Of a stretch of DNA of 64,000 nucleotides, positions 10,697 to 20,683 are shown piece by piece. Source of the stretch: Candidatus Binatus soli (GTDB lineage: Bacteria; Desulfobacterota; Binatia; Binatales; Binataceae). A model generated the notes under the pieces. That model made no database searches. It saw only the letters and a list, made by a program, of their open reading frames with translations, and was not told the DNA's origin. Location: positions 41,501-105,500 of the forward strand of contig DLMJ01000030.1 in assembly GCA_002479255.1 (NCBI GenBank), in the 5' to 3' direction. The position numbers and the translations under genes are program-made. The first letter of the stretch is position 1, and every line of letters starts with the position of its first letter.

Positions 10697-11784
10697 GGGA
10701 TTGTTTCCGTGGCAGATTGTGAGTTTATCGAATTGTGATTGGACTGCGGTGCGTCCTCGATCTCACGGCGCGCGATTTGCGATTGATTCAGTAGATCAGA
10801 TTCGCTCGCATCCGCAGCCGGCGCGGGCGCGCTCACGGGCATCACCGCCAATCTGCCGGCGCGTCGAATTTCCGCGAGCGTATCGCGCATCGCGTCGGAG
10901 CGCTCGAACCGCCGCCACGCTCTCATGCATCGCCGGCGCAGTTTACTTTCGCGGCCAGCCAACGACTGAATCAACGCGCCGGCCGCGAGCAGGGTCCTGG
11001 GCGGCGCGGCGGATGTCTCGGCATACGACAACAGCCAGGCGGATGCCACCGTGACGTCGTGATAAAGCCCGAGCAATTCCTGGAGCGCCTCGAGCCGCGC
11101 CAGGGTCTTTTTATGGCGCTTGGCGCCCAGCGGCGCGATCATCTCGAGCTCGTAGCGCAGCCGCTTGACCCGAACGCGGAGCTTGTGGAAAACCAGCGTC
11201 GGGGCGTCGCCGGCAAGTTTTCTGCCAAGACGTGCTGCACTGTGCGTAGCCGGCCTGATCAATTGGGCGGCGACGGGCCCGAGCATCCGGTCGCCGCCGA
11301 TTTTCTTGATCGCCGGCCGCGACAGTTTCGCGATCAAGTTCCGATAGCGCTTCGACGCGAGCAGATGATACAGCTTCGCGTGCTCGGACTTGCGCCGTTC
11401 GTCGAGCGCCGCGATCATCGGAGCGATCGCGGCTTTCAAATTGGGATCGATTTTGGCGGCGCGAGCGCCGATCAACGCCGCCGTCACGTCACATTCGCGG
11501 ACGGCGCCGGCCTGAGCGCCGAACCACGGAATGTCGCGCCGGTAGATCTTGAGCTGCGGGGCGTAGATGACGCTCGAGAACAATTCGATCGACGCGCGCA
11601 GGCGCCGCGACGCGACGCGAAGTTGATGCAGCGGCTCCTCCGCGCCGGCCTCGGCCGCGTTCTGATGCCACAACAGCGATTCAGCCCCGAACGCGATCGC
11701 TTTGCGCGCGGCGTCGGCGACGGTTTCGCTCGGGAAAAGCGTCAGCCTGCGTGGCGGCGCATCGGAGCGCGAGGCTTCTGCCAC
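10693..11784 (-). CDS. CHAD domain (polyphosphate-binding) protein
   Basis: LHQLRVASRRLR, HKLRVRVKRLRY, QELLGLYHD; GTG start preceded by AAGGA. Confidence 0.9.
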   Translation of the reverse strand: MAEASRSDAPPRRLTLFPSETVADAARKAIAFGAESLLWHQNAAEAGAEEPLHQLRVASRRLRASIELFSSVIYAPQLKIYRRDIPWFGAQAGAVRECDVTAALIGARAAKIDPNLKAAIAPMIAALDERRKSEHAKLYHLLASKRYRNLIAKLSRPAIKKIGGDRMLGPVAAQLIRPATHSAARLGRKLAGDAPTLVFHKLRVRVKRLRYELEMIAPLGAKRHKKTLARLEALQELLGLYHDVTVASAWLLSYAETSAAPPRTLLAAGALIQSLAGRESKLRRRCMRAWRRFERSDAMRDTLAEIRRAGRLAVMPVSAPAPAADASESDLLNQSQIARREIEDAPQSNHNSINSQSATETIP

Positions 11785-11788
11785 GGTG

Positions 11789-12547
11789 CTATTCCTTGCG
11801 CGCCGATGCGCGGTTGTCGGCCGAATCGGGACGCGGCTTGCCGTATGCGGCCGACAAATATTCGGCGATGTGTTTTCTAAGCTCGCCCTGCAGCTCCTCG
11901 ATCGGAAGACGCGCATCGACCGAGACGAAACCGAACTCACTGGACAAGCGCCGGTACTCGTCTATCAGGCGGCCCTGGTAGCGCTCGAATGAATCGAACA
12001 AGTCGATGCCGAGCGCGAGATGCATCCCGGATTCCCAGTAGTCCATCCCCTTGCCCATGATCACGCGGGGAATGAGAGATTTGACATCGATGTCGAGGTA
12101 GAGGACCAGGTCCGGGACCAGCGCCATCCCGAACACCTCGCGCGTCCATTGGGGATCGGCGCCCATCACGAAGTTGCGTGCGAACGCGGTGTACATGTAG
12201 CGATCGGCGATCACGATAAACCCCGCCTGCAAAGCCGGCAGGATTTCGTGCTCGAGACGATCCGCAAAATCGGCGGCGTAAAGCAGCGAGAAGGTCGTGA
12301 CCGTCAGCCGATGGCCGGCCTTGGCCTCGTTGATGGTCTCGGAGAGCAGGGGAGAGCGCGTCCATCCGGTGTTGCTGACGGCGTAGCCTTCGAGTTCGAG
12401 CCACGGCCGGAGCAGTTCAATCTGCGCGGAGCGGCCGACGCCGTCGGTTCCTTCGATCGCGATCAAGTGGCCGGGCAGCCGCTTTTTCGCGAGGTACGGC
12501 AGGCCGTGCCCGTACCAGGTCTTAGCGCGGCTGGGATGTGACGCCAT
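11789..12547 (-). CDS. Thymidylate kinase-like protein (P-loop Lys replaced by Arg)
   Basis: IEGTDGVGRS, LYAADFADR, DRYMYTAFAR, PDLVLYL. Confidence 0.85.
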   Translation of the reverse strand: MASHPSRAKTWYGHGLPYLAKKRLPGHLIAIEGTDGVGRSAQIELLRPWLELEGYAVSNTGWTRSPLLSETINEAKAGHRLTVTTFSLLYAADFADRLEHEILPALQAGFIVIADRYMYTAFARNFVMGADPQWTREVFGMALVPDLVLYLDIDVKSLIPRVIMGKGMDYWESGMHLALGIDLFDSFERYQGRLIDEYRRLSSEFGFVSVDARLPIEELQGELRKHIAEYLSAAYGKPRPDSADNRASARKE

Positions 12548-13388
12548 TTTTTTCGTTCGCTCGATTGCGGTCGTAGTTGCGAAGAATTTCCTGGACCATC
12601 GTGCGTATGACTCTCTGTTGATTGGGGATCTCGGCGGTCGCGTCAATCGGACGCATCCCGAACTCGAGCGTCAGTTGATCGTAAATTTCGAGCACGCGGC
12701 TCTGAAACATGCGGAAACTCTCGACCGGATCGGTCGAGAGGCCGACATCCATCCCGGCCTCGTGGTACTTGAGCTTGGCGCGGCCCGCCAGCAGCCGCTC
12801 GAGCGAAATGTCGATCGGCACGCGAAAGTAGAGCGTCAGATCGGGGCGCAGCGCGGGGCTGTAAACCGCGCGGACCCACTCGGGATGGACGCCGCGCGCT
12901 ACGTCGCGCGCGAAGGCCGTGTACACGTAGCGATCGGCGAGCACGATCATGCCGGCCTTCAGCGGCGGAAGGATCTGATAGGTCAGCCGATCGGCGAAAT
13001 CGACCGCGTGCAGCAGCGAAAAGGTGGTCGGCGTCAGCAGATTTTTTTTCTTGCCGCGCTGCATCGAACGCCGCACCAGCCGCGACGAATTCCACTCCGT
13101 GAAATGGACGGGGTAGCCACGCGACCGCAGCCATCGCTCGAGCAGCAGTAGTTGCGTCGATTTGCCCGAGCCGTCGATTCCCTCGACGCAGATCAATCGT
13201 CCGCGATAGGGATGCGGCGTTTCGAGCAGGGTCTTGGGCGCGGTCCCGGCCGCAGACTTAGGCCCGATAGAGGATGGACTAACGTCGCCGTTGGGGGAAG
13301 GTACTGCGGCAAGCAGCTCTGACGCTGCAGGACCACCTGGCGATCCAGCAGTCTCGATAACAGGTCGGTCCTTCTCTCGCATGTCCAT
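12522..13388 (-). CDS. Thymidylate kinase-like protein (canonical P-loop)
   Basis: VEGIDGSGKST, LADRYVYTAFAR, PDLTLY; true start uncertain. Confidence 0.85.
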   Translation of the reverse strand: MDMREKDRPVIETAGSPGGPAASELLAAVPSPNGDVSPSSIGPKSAAGTAPKTLLETPHPYRGRLICVEGIDGSGKSTQLLLLERWLRSRGYPVHFTEWNSSRLVRRSMQRGKKKNLLTPTTFSLLHAVDFADRLTYQILPPLKAGMIVLADRYVYTAFARDVARGVHPEWVRAVYSPALRPDLTLYFRVPIDISLERLLAGRAKLKYHEAGMDVGLSTDPVESFRMFQSRVLEIYDQLTLEFGMRPIDATAEIPNQQRVIRTMVQEILRNYDRNRANEKNGVTSQPR

Positions 13389-14872
13389 AGCTCGAGGTCG
13401 GCTTTCTCGCGCTTCGAATCGACTCCGACGATTACACGGCCCGGTGAGTACCTGACCTCGATATTTTTAACCACACCGAAGTGGCTTCGATCCAGCGCGT
13501 CCGCGACCCGCAGAATCGCGGCAAGGCCTCTGATCACACGGCGCTTGGCGGGGCTAAGCGACCTCAAATCCGGCGAATCGAGCTTGGGGGCTTGCTTGCG
13601 ATGTCCGCGAGCCGCCTGTGCGATGACCTCGATTTCGTCAGCGTCGAAGCCGAACAGCTCCGCATTCTTAATCAGGTAGTAAGAATGGCGATTGTGCCGG
13701 TCATGATCAATCGCGTGGCCAATATCGTGTAATAACGCCCCGAATTCAAGCAGTTCCCGCGAGGACCTGGGCAGCCCCAAAACCGGCGCCGTCGCGTCGA
13801 ACAGCTTGAGCGCAAGCCGCACGACCTGTTTGCCGTGATCGTTACTGCCCGCGAATCGCGCCGCCAGAGCGCCGACCGAGCGGCGCCGCGCGTCAGCGGC
13901 CGAGCGCGAGTCGATCTTGTGCGCGAGACCCAGCAGGACGCCTTCGCGCAGCGCCCACGTGCATGCGACCAGCTCCGGCGCACCGGATTTCTTCAGGATG
14001 AAATTTACCAGCGTGGCCGCGGCCGGCATCAGGTCCACCCGCTTCGCGTCCATTGCGGGAAGATCGACGCGCAGTGCCGCGTTTGCCGCGACCAAGTCGC
14101 GGGTCAGATCGGAAATTTCGCCGGCCGAGGCGCTCGCGCCATGCAGGCGGCCCAGTTCCTCGCCGCGCGAGGATCGCGCCATCGCGACCAGCGTGTTGAT
14201 CGTGCCCGACGTTCCGATTGCGCGGGCCACGCCGGCGCGCCGCGCCTTTCGCATCAGCGGCCCGATCGCGCGCTCGAGATGCGCTTCCAGCCCGCTCAAC
14301 TGCGTGCCCGATGGCGGGTCGTCGATGAGAAATCGCTCGGCCAGCCGCGCCGCACCGAGCTTCACGCTGTGCATCCATAGCGGCCGCCCGTCCTGCACCA
14401 GCACCAATTCCACGCTGCCGCCGCCGACGTCGATCAGCAAATGAGGTCCGCCGTCGAGTCCCAGTGCGTGGCGCGCCGCCTGAAAGATCAGTCGCGCCTC
14501 GTCGAGTCCGGAGATTACTTCAACCGTCAGTCCCGTCTCGCGCTTGATGCGCCGGATGAATTCCGCACGATTGCGTGCTTCGCGCACCGCGCTGGTCGCC
14601 ACGGCGCGCAATCGGTCCACCCTGCGCACTTGCAGCAGCCGTTTGAAGTTCAGCAGTGCGCGCACCGCGAGGTCCATCGATTCTGCGGTCAGCCGTCCCG
14701 TCGTGAACGAGCGCCGGCCCAACCGCACCATCTCTTTGACGCGGTCAACGACCTCGAGGTGACCCTCGCGGTTCACGTCCGCCACGATCATGTGGACGGA
14801 GTTGGATCCGACATCGATGGCTCCCAGCCGCTTCGATAGAAGGTGGCGTCGCTGCCGCTCGAAGTCATCCAT
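13193..14872 (-). CDS. ppx: Ppx/GppA exopolyphosphatase with HD domain
   Basis: AIDVGSNS, ATSAVREA, DVGGGSVE, LREG, LLHDIG. Confidence 0.93.
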   Translation of the reverse strand: MDDFERQRRHLLSKRLGAIDVGSNSVHMIVADVNREGHLEVVDRVKEMVRLGRRSFTTGRLTAESMDLAVRALLNFKRLLQVRRVDRLRAVATSAVREARNRAEFIRRIKRETGLTVEVISGLDEARLIFQAARHALGLDGGPHLLIDVGGGSVELVLVQDGRPLWMHSVKLGAARLAERFLIDDPPSGTQLSGLEAHLERAIGPLMRKARRAGVARAIGTSGTINTLVAMARSSRGEELGRLHGASASAGEISDLTRDLVAANAALRVDLPAMDAKRVDLMPAAATLVNFILKKSGAPELVACTWALREGVLLGLAHKIDSRSAADARRRSVGALAARFAGSNDHGKQVVRLALKLFDATAPVLGLPRSSRELLEFGALLHDIGHAIDHDRHNRHSYYLIKNAELFGFDADEIEVIAQAARGHRKQAPKLDSPDLRSLSPAKRRVIRGLAAILRVADALDRSHFGVVKNIEVRYSPGRVIVGVDSKREKADLELWTCERRTDLLSRLLDRQVVLQRQSCLPQYLPPTATLVHPLSGLSLRPGPRPRPCSKRRIPIADD

Positions 14873-15044
14873 ATTGCCCCAATCCGCACCGGCGCGCTGA
14901 AAATATCGCGCACTCAACCTGCGATGATTAGAAAGGATGCGCGTTACGACGCGATGAACGCCGAATGTCGAATTTGTTTTCGCGGTATCATCGCAAATCC
15001 ATCAGGTTTAATCTGAACCGAGCACGCCGCACGGACGTATTTGC

Positions 15045-16649
15045 TTGGCATCCGCAGCCTCATCCGCGATTGGAATCGACCATCCCGAGTACGGGTCCTC
15101 CAGCCACAAGTGGCTGATTGCGCTGGCCGTGATGCTGGGCACGACGCTCGAGGTCCTCGACTCGTCGATCGTCAACGTCGCGCTGCCGCACATGCAGGGC
15201 AGCTTTTCGGCGAGCGTCGACGAGATCGCGTGGGTGCTCACCAGTTACCTGGTCGCCAACGGGATCATGATTCCCATGACGGGATGGATCTCGTCGCGCT
15301 TCGGGCGCAAGCGCTACTTCATGATGTCCGTCGCCGTGTTCGTCGCCGCCTCGGGCCTGTGCGGCGCCGCTCGATCTCTCGATCAGATGGTCATCTTTCG
15401 ACTGATACAGGGCGCGGCGGGCGCGGCGATGGTTCCGTCGTCGCAGGCGATCCTGATGGAGACATTCCCGCCCAACGAACAGCAACTCGCGATGGCGACG
15501 TGGGGGGTGGGCCTGATGGTTGCGCCGATCATGGGTCCGACGCTCGGCGGATGGATCACCGACAATTGGAACTGGCGCTGGAATTTTTACATCAACCTGC
15601 CGGTTGGCATCGCTGCGTTCCTGATGGTTTGGACGTTCGTTCACGACCCCGCATACTTGCGGACCCGCCGCGCCAAGGGCGGCAAGACCGACTACGCCGG
15701 CATCATCCTGCTCGTGGTCGGGCTCGGCCTGGGGCAACTCGTGCTCGATCGCGGCCAGCGCGCCGATTGGTTCAGTTCACCATGGGTCGTTTGGGGTACA
15801 ATTTTTTCCGCGATCTGCCTCGTGGGACTCACGATCAACGAATTGCGCACCACCGAGCCGATTCTGGATCTTTCAATCCTTGGGATTCCCGTTTTCTCGA
15901 TGTCCGTGATGCTGATGGTCGCGATGAGCTTTGCACTGTTCGGCACCGGACTGTTGAATCCCATTTTTCTTCAGGAGCTGATGGGTTACAGCGCGTGGAA
16001 GGCGGGTCTGGTGCTCGCGCCACGAGGACTCGGCACGATGGCAGCGATGCTGATCGTCGGACAGCTTGCGCGCTACCGCTACGATACGCGTTCGTTGATC
16101 GGCGTTGGGTTCACCATAATGGCAATCGCCTTATGGACGATGGCGGGCTGGAACACTCAAGTCAGCACGTGGACGGTGACGTGGCCCAGCCTCGTCATGG
16201 GAGTCGGGATGGGCATGATTTTCCCTACGCTGTCCGCCACTACGCTTTCGTGCGTCAGCCGCGAGCGCGTCGGCTACGCCGCGAGCCTCTACAACATGAT
16301 GCGCAACACCGGCGCTGCGATCGGCATCTCCTACATGACAACCGTGCTCGTGAATCATGAGCAGACGCATCAGTCTTATCTGGTCGAGCATTTCACCGCC
16401 TTCGACGCGTGGAAAATGAGCGCAGCGTCGCGGCTCACTCACGGCGGGCGCGGCTTTGACTACATGCCGCAAATACTCACTGGCCAGAAGCAGGGACTTG
16501 GCATGGTGTACGGGATGATTCAGCGCCAGGCGATGATGCTGTCATTCAACGACATCTACCGCACATTGGCTATTGTAATGGTGATTCTGATTCCGACCTT
16601 CCTGTTCCTGCGCCGCGCCCAATCCAGCACCTCTACGGCCGCCCACTAG
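15045..16649 (+). CDS. DHA2 (EmrB/QacA) MFS efflux transporter
   Basis: LDSSIVNVALP, WVLTSYL, GPTLGGWITD, WRWNFYINLPVG. Confidence 0.93.
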   Translation: MASAASSAIGIDHPEYGSSSHKWLIALAVMLGTTLEVLDSSIVNVALPHMQGSFSASVDEIAWVLTSYLVANGIMIPMTGWISSRFGRKRYFMMSVAVFVAASGLCGAARSLDQMVIFRLIQGAAGAAMVPSSQAILMETFPPNEQQLAMATWGVGLMVAPIMGPTLGGWITDNWNWRWNFYINLPVGIAAFLMVWTFVHDPAYLRTRRAKGGKTDYAGIILLVVGLGLGQLVLDRGQRADWFSSPWVVWGTIFSAICLVGLTINELRTTEPILDLSILGIPVFSMSVMLMVAMSFALFGTGLLNPIFLQELMGYSAWKAGLVLAPRGLGTMAAMLIVGQLARYRYDTRSLIGVGFTIMAIALWTMAGWNTQVSTWTVTWPSLVMGVGMGMIFPTLSATTLSCVSRERVGYAASLYNMMRNTGAAIGISYMTTVLVNHEQTHQSYLVEHFTAFDAWKMSAASRLTHGGRGFDYMPQILTGQKQGLGMVYGMIQRQAMMLSFNDIYRTLAIVMVILIPTFLFLRRAQSSTSTAAH

Positions 16650-17170
16650 TCCTTCATCTCCGCGAGCACTCGCTCGAAGACCTCCAGCGAGTGGCGATCG
16701 AACAGCACGAATTCCACACGCACGAGCGTCGTCGGACTGTCGAGATGCGCGCGCACTTCCTGGAGCATCACCCGCGCGCATCGCTCGATTGGAAAACCCG
16801 CGATGCCGGTGCCGATCGCCGGAAATGCGATCGACTTGAGCGAGTTCTCTTTGGCGCGCATCAGCGAGTTGCGCGTGGCCGCGCGTAGATTCGGCTCCGA
16901 CGTCGATTCTCCCAGCCGCATGCTCGCTGCGTGAATTACGTGCCGCGCGCGCAGCCGTCCCGCGCCCGTAATCGCCGCCTCGCCGATTGCAATCGGCCCG
17001 ATCCGGTCGCATTCCTGCTGGATCGCCGGCCCGCCCTTGACGCGAATCGCGCCCGCGACGCCGCCGCCCAGCTTCAGATCGTTGTTCGCCGCATTCACAA
17101 TCGCATCCGCATCCGCCTCCGTAAGGTCGCCCTGACGGAGCCCGATCTTTGCGCGCCAATCTTTACTCAT
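16646..17170 (-). CDS. Macro domain protein (ADP-ribose binding/hydrolase, YmdB-like)
   Basis: GDLT, IVNAAN, GGGVAGAI, VIHA, FPAIGTGIAGFP. Confidence 0.92.
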   Translation of the reverse strand: MSKDWRAKIGLRQGDLTEADADAIVNAANNDLKLGGGVAGAIRVKGGPAIQQECDRIGPIAIGEAAITGAGRLRARHVIHAASMRLGESTSEPNLRAATRNSLMRAKENSLKSIAFPAIGTGIAGFPIERCARVMLQEVRAHLDSPTTLVRVEFVLFDRHSLEVFERVLAEMKD

Positions 17171-17224
17171 TGTCACCTCGTACCCAGTCAAAAAGTGAAA
17201 ACGTGAAACCGTGAAAAATGAAAA

Positions 17225-18868
17225 ATGGAATGCGAACGTCTCGCATCGATTCTGTTATTATCGCGCCAATCGAGAATAACCCGAAACGCCGTGCTCACCG
17301 TGTGGATCAGCGAATGGACTGCTCGGCTGCGATTCGTCGCGCAGATTGCGCCGGCGCTCGTCGCGCTCGCGGGATGCGGCCAATATCGCACCGATCGTTC
17401 GCCCGGGACGATCCAGGTCGATATCGAAACCTCGCCGACCTCGACCGACCCGCGCTTTGCCACCGACGCGACTTCATCGCGTATCAACGAACTTATTTTC
17501 GATTCGCTGGTAAAGACCGATCGCAACGGCCAATTTGTCGGTCATCTTGCTGACCGCGTCGAGCATCCTTCGCCCACGGAAATTGTTTTTCATCTCAAGC
17601 ACGGGGTGCGCTTTAGCGACGGACGCGAACTGACGGCGCGCGACGTAATATTCACTTACAATTCGATTCTCGCGCCCGAATCGATGTCGCCGAAACGGGC
17701 CGGCATCGAGCAGTTGAAGTCAATCGATGCGCCCGACGACTACACCGTCGTTATGACTACCGCGCATCCGTACGCGCCCGCCCTTGAGATGGCGACGGAG
17801 GGTATCGTGCCCGCGGGTACTTCGCTGCCCTCGAAAGAAAACGCAGCCGCTCCCATCGGCAGCGGCCCCTTTCAGATGGTTGGTTACGCGCGCGATGAAG
17901 CCGCGCGGCTCGAGCGCAATCCGTATTATCCATATCCGTCAGGCGCGCCACGATCGATCCTCTTCAAGATCGTTCCCGACCCTACTGTGCGCGCGCTCGA
18001 ACTGGCAGAAGGTGTTTGCGATTTCTCGGGAAACAATATCGAGTACGACGTGTTGCCGTGGCTCGGCTCGCACCGGTTTCTGGAAGTCAGCAGAACTCCC
18101 GGTACTACCTACAAGTACCTGTCTTTCAACTTTCGTGATGCTCGCCTGCGCGACTTACGCGTGCGGCGCGCCATCGCCTATGCGATCGACCGCAAAACAA
18201 TAGTCAATACCATCTTGCGTGGCACTGGGCGGGTAGCTACCGGCATGCTCTCACCCGAGAATTGGGCATACGAGGCCAATGGCACTACCTATTCCTTCGA
18301 TCCAACAAAAGCGCGTCAACTGCTGGATCAGGCTGGCTACACGGCCGGAAGCAACGGGATGCGCGGGCTCCGATTCGAATACAAGACGACTCCGGAAGGC
18401 GCGCGCCTGGGCGAGGTGTTTCAGGCGATGCTTCAGCGAGTGGGTATCGAGCTGACTATCCGGACGCTCGACTTCGCCACCTATTACGCGGACATTCAGG
18501 CCGGAAGCTTCGACCTGACCTCTCTACAATGGGTCGGAATCAACGACCCGAACAGCTACTACATGGTATTCGATTCGCAGAAGACGCCACCGCACGGACA
18601 GAATCGGGGTTACTACTCGAACCCTGAGATGGATCGGCTGGTCGAAGCGGGAATGAGTACGGTCGATCCGAAATGGAGGAAAAAAATATACGGACAGGTG
18701 CAGCAACTCGCCGCCGAGGAACTGCCGTACGTTTCGCTGTGGTGGGTTGACAATGTGGCCGTGATGAATCGGCGGCTGGTTGGCTTCGATGCATATCCCA
18801 ATGGCAGCTTCCGTTCGCTCGCGACGGTGACGCTCAGTGGCCCCGGCGGCGGAGGGCAGTGGCAGTGA
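17225..18868 (+). CDS. Peptide/nickel ABC transporter substrate-binding lipoprotein (family 5)
   Basis: LAGC lipobox, FSDGRELTARDV, GSGPF, VRRAIAYAIDR; start uncertain. Confidence 0.9.
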   Translation: MECERLASILLLSRQSRITRNAVLTVWISEWTARLRFVAQIAPALVALAGCGQYRTDRSPGTIQVDIETSPTSTDPRFATDATSSRINELIFDSLVKTDRNGQFVGHLADRVEHPSPTEIVFHLKHGVRFSDGRELTARDVIFTYNSILAPESMSPKRAGIEQLKSIDAPDDYTVVMTTAHPYAPALEMATEGIVPAGTSLPSKENAAAPIGSGPFQMVGYARDEAARLERNPYYPYPSGAPRSILFKIVPDPTVRALELAEGVCDFSGNNIEYDVLPWLGSHRFLEVSRTPGTTYKYLSFNFRDARLRDLRVRRAIAYAIDRKTIVNTILRGTGRVATGMLSPENWAYEANGTTYSFDPTKARQLLDQAGYTAGSNGMRGLRFEYKTTPEGARLGEVFQAMLQRVGIELTIRTLDFATYYADIQAGSFDLTSLQWVGINDPNSYYMVFDSQKTPPHGQNRGYYSNPEMDRLVEAGMSTVDPKWRKKIYGQVQQLAAEELPYVSLWWVDNVAVMNRRLVGFDAYPNGSFRSLATVTLSGPGGGGQWQ

Positions 18869-18872
18869 TCCA

Positions 18873-19793
18873 GTGATAAATTACCTGGTCCGGCGCTTGC
18901 TCGCGCTCGTGCCAGTCGCGCTCGGCGTGGCGACACTGACGTTCGCGATTATCCACCTTGTGCCGGGCGATCCGGTAGTTGCGATGCTTGGCGAGACCGC
19001 TGCGCCCGCCGACATTGTTGGGATGCGGCATCAGCTGGGCCTCGATCGTCCGCTGCTGGAGCAGTACGCGGCATATCTCGGTGGACTCGCCGTCGGCGAT
19101 CTGGGTGAATCGATTTCATATCGCAAGCCGGTCTCGCGTCTAATCGCCGAACGCTTTCCGGCCACAATCGAGCTCGCTGCGGCGGGGATGTTGGTCGCTG
19201 TGCTGTTGGCATTCCCGCTGGGAATAATCGCGGGTTCGAATCCCGGCGGCGCCGGCGACCTCGGCGCGATGGGATTTGCCATTGTCGGCATTTCGATTCC
19301 CCACATCTACCTCGGCCCGTTGCTCATGATTTTGTTTTCACTGGACCTGCGCTGGCTGCCGCTCACCGGCCGCGGGGGTCTCGAGCATCTGGTCCTGCCC
19401 GCTGTCACTCTTGGCACCGCGCTGGCCGCGATCCTTGCGCGGATGTTGCGCCAGAGCCTGATTCGCGTGCGCGAGAGCGACTATATGCGCACCGCGCTCA
19501 GCAAGGGGTTGAGCGCGCGGTCCGCCCTTGTTCGCCACGGCCTTAAGAACGCGCTCACATCGGTCGTGACCATCATCGGACTTCAGATGGGCGCGCTGCT
19601 GAGCGGCACGCTCATCACCGAAATAATTTTTTCGTGGCCGGGTATCGGCCGCTTGCTGATCAGTGCGATAGGGGCGCGCGACTATCCGGTGGTCGAAGGA
19701 TGCGTACTCACGTTCGCGATGACTTACGTCATTGTGAACATGGCGACCGATTTCGTTTATGCGATCGTAGACCCGCGAGTGAGAATCTCGTGA
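18873..19793 (+). CDS. Peptide/nickel ABC permease (DppB-like)
   Basis: PGDPV, LGLDRPL, ATIEL, EIIFSWPGIG, RDYPVV. Confidence 0.92.
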   Translation: MINYLVRRLLALVPVALGVATLTFAIIHLVPGDPVVAMLGETAAPADIVGMRHQLGLDRPLLEQYAAYLGGLAVGDLGESISYRKPVSRLIAERFPATIELAAAGMLVAVLLAFPLGIIAGSNPGGAGDLGAMGFAIVGISIPHIYLGPLLMILFSLDLRWLPLTGRGGLEHLVLPAVTLGTALAAILARMLRQSLIRVRESDYMRTALSKGLSARSALVRHGLKNALTSVVTIIGLQMGALLSGTLITEIIFSWPGIGRLLISAIGARDYPVVEGCVLTFAMTYVIVNMATDFVYAIVDPRVRIS

Positions 19794-20602
19794 ATGTGCG
19801 CGTCCGCAATCCGTCACTGGCTATTGGGGTGACTACTGTTGCCGCGGTCGTTGTCGCTGCGATCCTGGGTCCGCTGCTGTTTCGCGCCGATCCTTTGTCG
19901 ATCGATCTTGCGAACACGCTCGCCGGGCCCAGCCGCGCGCATCCGTTTGGTTGCGACGCGCTTGGCCGCGACGTGCTCGCCCGGGTCCTGTCTGGCGCGC
20001 GGCTCTCGCTCTCGATCTCCACCGTCGTCGTTGCGATCTCGCTCGTCGTTGGCAGCCTGATTGGCGCAACCGCCGCGCTGTCGGGCGGTCGAATCGACAA
20101 CCTGGTAATGCGCGGCGTGGATATCGTCCTCGCCTTTCCGGGAATCCTGCTGGCGATCGCGCTGGCGGCGATTCTCGGACCAGGTCTAATCGATCTTGCG
20201 ATCGCGCTAACTGCGATGGGATGGACCGGCTACGCGCGCATCGTGCGCGGCGAAGTGCTGACCTTGCGCGAGCGCGACTACGTTCTCGCTGCCGAGAGCC
20301 TGGGCGCCAGCCGGTCGCGCCTGCTGATGCGCCATCTGATCCCCGGCGTCGTTGGACCGCTTGCCGTGCAGGCGACCTTCGGAATCGGCGGAATCATCGG
20401 CGCCGAAGCCGCGCTTTCATTTCTTGGCCTGGGCGCGCTGCCGCCCACGCCCAGTTGGGGTAACATGCTTGACGCCGGCCGCGCCTTCCTGCTCGTCGCC
20501 CCGCATCTTACGACCGCGCCCGGACTCGCGATCGGGCTTTCGATTCTCGGCTTCAACCTGCTCGGTGATGGGATTGCGCAGAAAGTGGGGCATCGCGCCT
20601 GA
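19790..20602 (+). CDS. Peptide/nickel ABC permease (DppC-like)
   Basis: HPFGCDALGRD, EAA-like loop, EAALSFLGLG, PSWGNML. Confidence 0.92.
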   Translation: MNVRVRNPSLAIGVTTVAAVVVAAILGPLLFRADPLSIDLANTLAGPSRAHPFGCDALGRDVLARVLSGARLSLSISTVVVAISLVVGSLIGATAALSGGRIDNLVMRGVDIVLAFPGILLAIALAAILGPGLIDLAIALTAMGWTGYARIVRGEVLTLRERDYVLAAESLGASRSRLLMRHLIPGVVGPLAVQATFGIGGIIGAEAALSFLGLGALPPTPSWGNMLDAGRAFLLVAPHLTTAPGLAIGLSILGFNLLGDGIAQKVGHRA

Positions 20603-20683
20603 CGGTCGAGCGCTTCCATCGCCCGGCGTGCGAAGCGGGGAAATTTCGTGATACTCATTCTGATTGGGAAGTGAGCGCGCGCA

